This document shows, one piece after another, positions 52,083 through 58,338 of a DNA stretch of 58,338 bases (position 1 is its first letter; each line of letters starts with the position of its first letter). Both the position numbers and the translations under genes were made by a program. The notes beneath the pieces were generated by a model. That model saw only the letters and a program-made list of their open reading frames with translations, did not search any database and was not told where the DNA came from. The DNA lies in assembly GCF_004010195.1 (NCBI RefSeq), contig NC_057718.1, positions 36,918,669 through 36,977,006 on the forward strand. Reading direction: 5' to 3'. The DNA is from Chiloscyllium plagiosum (lineage: Eukaryota).

Positions 52083-54698
52083 CTACATGGATTTGGCTGT
52101 ATGTTTGAAGTTGACAATTGGCTTTTGAAGGGAGAACGATAACATCTGTAAATACAAATGGAAGGAAGTTACCTAGAGTTCCTTGTAAACTACCCAGACA
52201 GATTCCGGAAAGAACTTTCCAGATTCCTTTAGTTTTTGCTGGGAAGCCATTCGTGAGAGAAATACAAATCAAGCTCTGAAGTTCAGAAAAGTCTTTTTAC
52301 AGGGTAACGTGAACTAAGCAGCGCTTCTGAACAAAGGAGTTTGAATAAATGAAATGACCTTAGAATAAAATATTTTATTAATTCCAGTCCTGAGTTTTGG
52401 GATACAGTTGGTGGGAAAGAAATGAAAATTTTGAAGTTTAATAAAGTGAACTGTGTCAGGAATAGTATGGCACTTGAAGGAAACTAGTCAGGAGCAGAAT
52501 AACAATAATTAAAAATGGGTTATTTACACTTCCAACAGGTGGGTTGAAATTTTGATCATTTCAAGCCCATCAAATATTAAAACAAAGAGAAAACTCTCTC
52601 TCTCTGGGTTTTGTTGGGGTGCGGTGCAGAATGGTTTTGAAATTGCAACAATGTTTGTAAGCTGTGCCATGCATGGATTATTTCCACCGTGTTTAAAAAT
52701 GTTGAATGTGTTATTAAGGGATATTTTTATCTTCATTTTTATTGTTAATAAATTTTTGTTTTGTTTTATTGTTAAGACAATGTCTGCAACACTGAATAAC
52801 TGTGTTTTTGTTAAAGCTTTATCACTTCAGTGAAAAAAGCTAGGATCTATCCAGCTAGGTTCCTATGAACATCAAACATACTCCACAACATTTGGGGCCA
52901 TGAGATCACGATATGTTCAAATGGTGAAGCTGAAACTTACCTACACATATGCCATCAGTAGCATTCTGGGCTCTGGCCATCTTACAAAATAAAAAATGCT
53001 CTAACCACTCTCTGCAGCAAGAGCTGTGGAAACATTTGCTGCATACGTCTGTATTCTGATGTCACTGATTTCCCCCGTCATTGGTTCGAATAAGCCTAAA
53101 GCATGAAAGTGCAGGCAAAACTCAGAAAAATCTGAGGAAACAGAACTTATCAAGTGTAGGAAAGGAAAGATAAGGACGAGAAGACAAAGAAAAAATAGAT
53201 CAAAAGAGAAAAAAAGGGTGTAATTCAAAAGAAAATCATAGGAATATAGTAGAGACCGTAAATCTGGCCCTTTAGAAGATAATTTACCACAGTACAATTC
53301 GTTTGCTATTATTTTGCTGCCTCGTGCAAGCTTTTTTTGTTGATTTTCATTGGAAGTGTGACCCTCAACAGCCAAGCAATGTCATTGACTTTGCAAATTC
53401 ACATACGTCAGTTCTCTTAAGCCAAACTGTGAAAAAGCAATTGAATATTGAATATCGAATGTTAACCTGAATATTAATCTGCAGCATCTCTGGTTTGTTT
53501 CCTAGACTGAAATCATTCAGTCTAGATCCTGCAGTAATGGATAGAAATTTTCACACCAGTTTGTATTGAAGAAGGAGAAAACAGGCAATCTTGGAAGAAT
53601 AAGATCTGAAAGGATAAATGGAGGCCAATTGCAAATGGGTAAAAATGTTGCAAAATACTAAATAACACACATACACGAACTAAAATAATTGATAACAAGA
53701 TGCACCATGAAAAAAATGGTGAAATGGTGTCTGCTGGTTTATCTTTATTCATAAAAGATGCTTATGCAGGATGACCCAATTTAACAGGAAACGTTACATG
53801 CAATGCCAAAGTAAATAATTAAACCCAATTCTTTGTGTTGAATGGATGAAGTAAATAAAGGAGGTTTAATTCAATAAGCTGGCGTATTTACAACATTGGA
53901 AGGTCTTTGGCCATGAAACTTGGCTCAAAGTGCTTCTCGGGGTATTGCCAAAAGAATCCCAAAAACAAAAAATGGTTGCTGGTTGCTCACAAAAAATGCT
54001 TCTGGTTAATCCTGGTGAGTGTGGCCCAAATGGCAGTCCCTCCTTGACAGGGTAATTGTATGGATCTGCCATGTTTGCATTGCAAGCTGAAGACTTGGTC
54101 AATTATGACAGTAAACTTTCTCTTGAGTTGATTATGCACAACTCTGCTCGTTTGGACTGACAGGTCCAGTTAGCAACATCTCTCAGTCGGTCCAAGCTGA
54201 AATTGTAAGGGACTCATGCTGTTTAAAAAGCCAATGATCCAACATCTAAGTGAAGTGCTTTTGATGTACTTGCAAGCTTTTCTTTCGAAAAAGCTTGCTT
54301 CAGAAAAGCGGGTTTAGTTCCTCTTGAGCTGCAGTGTGATCTGAAAATGGATCACAGGCAGCAGAGAGACGAAGCATTACAGAGCGACAAAGAGAAGGCC
54401 TCTCAAGTCCCTGCTGATGAGGGGTCTTTAGGGAGCACACCTCCCACTCTTACCTGAGCCAGAACTATGTGAGGTATATATTTGCCAAGGCTGTGGGCAC
54501 TGAATTGTGCCACTTGCTTCACACCAGCTTTATTGCATGGTGTGGACAGCACTTCCAGTGATGGTCAAAATCATTACTACACTCCATTTCTTATCAGTGG
54601 ATCCTTGTAGTCAGAAGCAAGCAACATGACCAACGTATTGTAGTTAGCAGGCCATCACTGTATTGCAAAGGTGATGGATGGCCTATGTAGGACAGAGG

Positions 54699-54882
54699 TG
54701 TAGTGATTGGAATGAGGTCAGCCAGGTGGTCCAATCAGGGAGCCCTGATAAACAGGATTGTCAGAACTCAGGCTTACTCTAAGAGCTAGCTCTGTGTAAG
54801 CTGGGTCAGAGTTCATGTACTGAGTATGTGTAAATAAAGGATGACTTGGTGACAGGATACCACCCTTCATGGAGTTATTTCA
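54699..54882 (+). mobile_element. Solo LTR (184 bp) with 4-bp TSD
   Basis: TGTAGT...ATTTCA ends, internal ccaat and AATAAA, GAGG on both sides (54695-54698, 54883-54886). Confidence 0.75.
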
Positions 54883-55478
54883 GAGGACTTCTTCATTTTC
54901 TCACAGACAGAGACAGCAGGAGTGAGAGCACAGGAGTGGTAAAGACGGACTACAATGAAGAACGAGTGCAAACTTCGGAATTTGATGTCCATCTTTGGTA
55001 CAGTTTTTCTCCAGCTTTAATTTCAATTGAGAAACTGCAATCTAGTTTAAAAAAAACTCGTTTAACAGAAACTGCCTGGCCTTGGCAGTTACCTGCCTAT
55101 CAGTTGGAAGTGGTTTCCTGAATGGGAGTTAATTATTGTCGCAGTAATCACTGTAGCAGTTGCAGCTTGAGTGTGAAGCTCCAGTTATGTTACATCCAAG
55201 CTCTACACCTTTGACTGGAATGGGATGTGGCCATGCTTTCAACTAGCACAACAGCCCAAATACTCGGCCACTTCAACCATTGAGAAGTACATCATTGTCC
55301 TCCTGGAAGGGAAATTACATCCTGCCTGAACAACGTCTCTGCCTGAAGGAGCTGCCCTGCTGCAGGAGCAGAGGGAGCCACTGAGTGAGGAGGCAGGAAG
55401 GGAAATACTGACTGGAGAACACAACCAGATACAGTCAGATGTTCAATGGGAAGGAAGAATGACGCGGTTTGACCAGTT

Positions 55479-56057
55479 CTGATCATTTGTATTTCAAAGT
55501 CCAGCTTGTAGTCTTTCAAAGGGGACAATATTGCATAAGAAAGTCGCTAAAGTCGCCCTGTGAATTTGAGAAAGGAGGGATACTGGGATGGTAGTGAATG
55601 GCCAGTATAATGTGAGTGGCTTCCTCCATATTTCACAGCAAGTAGCTTTTGTGTTTCTGAAGGGCCACCTTCCCTCTGTGGACGGATCGTTTTGGAGCCT
55701 GATGCATTAAATTCAATGGAAATCAGATTCTTGCTGACAGCTTTCTGCACATTTTTAGGAGCTATTTTGAAAACAATTGATGGAACATTCTGACATGTTT
55801 GATTGGTAAAAATATGCTAGCTTCATTCTTTGATGTTTCTGTCTGGCTGGAGATTTCACCTCCCTGCCCCTACTGAGATCTGATTAAAAATTACCCACTT
55901 CACTTTTGGTAACTGCTGCACCAGAGATTGTTGGGCAGAATCCTTCCGTTGTAAACCTGGGCATGAATCCTCAAATCCAGCAGCAGAGAAGAAAACTCGA
56001 TGCAATATTGTCCCCTTTGAAAGACTACAAGCTGTACTTTGAAATACAAATGTTCAG
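55479..56057. repeat. 58-bp inverted repeat (55479-55536 / 56000-56057) with 463-bp spacer
   Basis: 56/58 complementary. Confidence 0.9.
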
Positions 56058-56114
56058 CAGCCTCTTTGAAAGCTATTGTGAAGGGATAGGAATGTGAGGT
56101 ACATGAGGGGGTTA

Positions 56115-56241
56115 GCCAGGTGGGTGAGGGAGGTAGGGTACCAGATGGGTGAGAGGGGTAGGGTGCCAGGTGGGTGAGGGAGGTAGGGTGCCAGGTGGGT
56201 AAGAGAAGTATGGTGCCAGGTGGGTGAGGGGAGTGCCAGAT
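56115..56241 (+). repeat. G-rich minisatellite, ~25-bp unit, ~5 copies
   Basis: Unit gccaggtgggtgagggaggtagggt. Confidence 0.85.
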
Positions 56242-56519
56242 AAATGGATAAGGACAAGGTGGCTTGGAGGTGGGGAATTGATTCAATTACTCTTCATGCA
56301 AACAAACAGCAGTGCATGCTGGATCAGTTGTTAATTTTATATCTGAGATTGATAAAATTTTGTTCAGCAAAGGAATTAAGGAATATGGGTCAAAAGCAGG
56401 TCTATGGAGTTAGGCCACAGATCAGCTGTAATCTCATTGAATGGTAGAGCAGGTCATTTGAGGGACTGAATAGTATATTTTCATTCCTATGTTCCTATTT
56501 GGTTGGAGAATCTGACTTT

Positions 56520-57800
56520 ATGCTCTTGCCATTAGTTGTGGGAAAGTGATTGCTTGTGGATGTGGGGCCAATCAAGTGGGCTACTTTGTTCTGGATGGCG
56601 TCAAGCTTCTTGAGTTTTGTTTGAGTGGATCTCATGTAGGGAAGTGGGGTATATTCTATCATACTCTTGACTTGGGTCTTGTTGATGGGAAATAGGTTTT
56701 GGGGAGTCAGGAAGAGTTACTCACTGCAGGATTCCCAATCTCTGATCTGATATTGTAGCCACTCAATTTAAATGGCCAGTCCAGTTCAATTTTGGTCAAT
56801 GGTAACCCCAGTGGGTTGACAGTGGGAGATTTGGTGATGGTAATGCCATTGAATGTCAAAGGATGATTGTTATATTTTCACTTTTGGAGATGGTCCCTGC
56901 CTGGTTCATGGATGACACAAATGTTAATTATCAGCCCATATCTAGATATTGTCCAGATCATGCTGTATTTGGACAGAGGCTGCTTCAATGTCTGTGGGTG
57001 GCACGGTGGCACAGTGGTTAGCACTGCTGTCTCACAGCGCCAGAGACCCAGGTTCAATTCCCGCCTCAGGTGACTCTCTGTGTGGAGTTTGCACATTCTC
57101 CCCGTGTCTGCGTGGGTTTCCTCCAGGTGCTCCTTTTTCCTCCCACAATCCAAAAATGTGCAGGCTAGGTGAATTGGGGCTATGCTAAATTGCCCGTAGT
57201 GTTAGGTGAAGGGGTAAATGTAGGGGAATGGGTCTGGATGGGTTTCACTTCAGCGGGTCGGTGTGGACTTGTTGGGCTGAAGGGCCTGTTTCCACACTGT
57301 AAGCAATCTAAAAAAAAGTTGTGAATGATGCTGAACATTGTGCAGTCATTGGAGAACATCCCCATTTCTGAACCTGATGATGGAGGGAAGGTCATTGATG
57401 AAGCAGCTGAAGATGGTTGGACCTAGGATACTGCCCTGAGGAACTCCAGCAGAGATGTCATGGAGCTGATATGATTGACTCCAACAACAACAACCTATCT
57501 TGTTTTGTGCCAGCAATAAGAACAACCAGTGCAGAGATTTCAATGTTGAGGAGTTCCATAACAAACTGTCCCTGTCTTTATGTCGTATGGGTGGGACTGA
57601 TGATGGTGGATTCTGGGGCATTGTCTGTGAGAATGACTCTGTTAATGATTACTATGTGCGACAGACCTCAAATGTCGGTAAAGAGGAACTTGCAAGTCAA
57701 TAGGGCTGTGTGGGCTATTGCGTTTCCTGTGCATTGTTTGTTGCCAGGTAGTCTGTCCCATTTAATTCATTTATATCAGATTTCATCGCTGTTAAATACA
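56520..57800 (-). mobile_element. Decayed LINE RT fragment (CR1-group), interrupted by HE1
   Basis: LHDISAGVPQGSILGPTIFSCFINDLPSII in ORF 57346-57621. Confidence 0.8.
56996..57310 (+). mobile_element. Full-length HE1-type V-SINE
   Basis: gggtggcacggtggcacagtggttagcactgctg (A box), ggttcaattccc (B box), V-domain, CR1-like tail. Confidence 0.93.
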
Positions 57801-57851
57801 ACCAGTGACCTATTTGGCCATGTAAGAGTCAAACATTTTTGTGGATCACAT

Positions 57852-58338
57852 GATTGGGAAACAGATTTTGGAAAGGTGCAGAAGCCACAGGTTAGTAGTC
57901 ATGGGTGATTTCAACTTCCCAAACATTGATTGGAAGCTCTTTAGATCAAGTAGATTGGATGGGGCGGTGTTTGTGCAGTGTGTACAGGACGCTTTTCTAA
58001 CTCAGTATGTAGATTGCCCGACCAGAGGGGAGGCCATATTGGATATGGTACTTGGTAACGAACCGGGACAAGTGATGGGCTTGTTAGTGGGTGAACATTT
58101 TGGTGATGGTGACCACAATTCTGTGACTTTCAACTTGGTTATGGAGAGAGATCGGTGCGTGCAACAGGGTAGGTTTTCAAATTGGGGGAAGGGTAAATAC
58201 GATGCTGCAAGACAGGATCTGAGGAGCATAAAGGGGAAGCATAGGCTGTCAGGGAAGGATGTCGTGGAAATGTGGAACTTTTTCAAGAAACAGAAACGAC
58301 GAGTCCTTGATATGTATGTACCTGTCAGACAGGAAAGA
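57852..58338 (+). mobile_element. 5'-truncated CR1 LINE ORF2, endonuclease region, open to the window end
   Basis: VVMGDFNFPNIDW...FLTQYVDCPTRGEAILDMVLGNEPGQV...GEHFGDGDHNSVTF...; no stop from 57901 to 58338. Confidence 0.93.

Noticed and set aside
56115..56241. CRISPR-like array
   Set aside because: Contiguous tandem units without unique spacers, eukaryotic context, no cas genes
56996..57070. tRNA genes at A/B-box-containing heads (also 18505, 28110, 28566 and others)
   Set aside because: They are HE1 SINE heads followed by the V-domain and LINE-like tail; no full cloverleaf

Overview
Eukaryotic genomic DNA from a cartilaginous fish, most likely a carpet/bamboo-type shark; this is inferred from the repeat families present (HE1-type V-SINEs, a SacSINE1/Deu-type SINE and HER1/CR1 LINEs). 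I could not support any host protein-coding exon, rRNA, true tRNA or CRISPR, so the window reads as a large intron or intergenic region. It is dominated by transposon relics: about nine HE1 SINEs, many CR1-type LINE fragments (a 2.6-kb ORF2 relic at 29270-31895 and an open endonuclease fragment running off the right end), several Penelope-like elements (PLEs), two decayed Gypsy LTR retrotransposons (one split by two ~0.9-kb LTR-like inserts), a solo LTR with TSD, and PIF/Harbinger transposase and Myb-like relics. There is a 678-N assembly gap at 26634-27311. The most notable signals are: (1) hammerhead-ribozyme cores in the terminal repeats of several PLE families, including tiny TSD-flanked hairpin elements; (2) a 158-bp CR1 tail flanked by a 355-bp direct duplication with TSD geometry; (3) a 100-bp near-perfect inverted pair of HE1 tails inside a triple nest; and (4) a 58-bp near-perfect inverted repeat in otherwise decayed DNA. 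All family assignments come from motif recognition by eye, not database searches, and boundaries of old relics are approximate.
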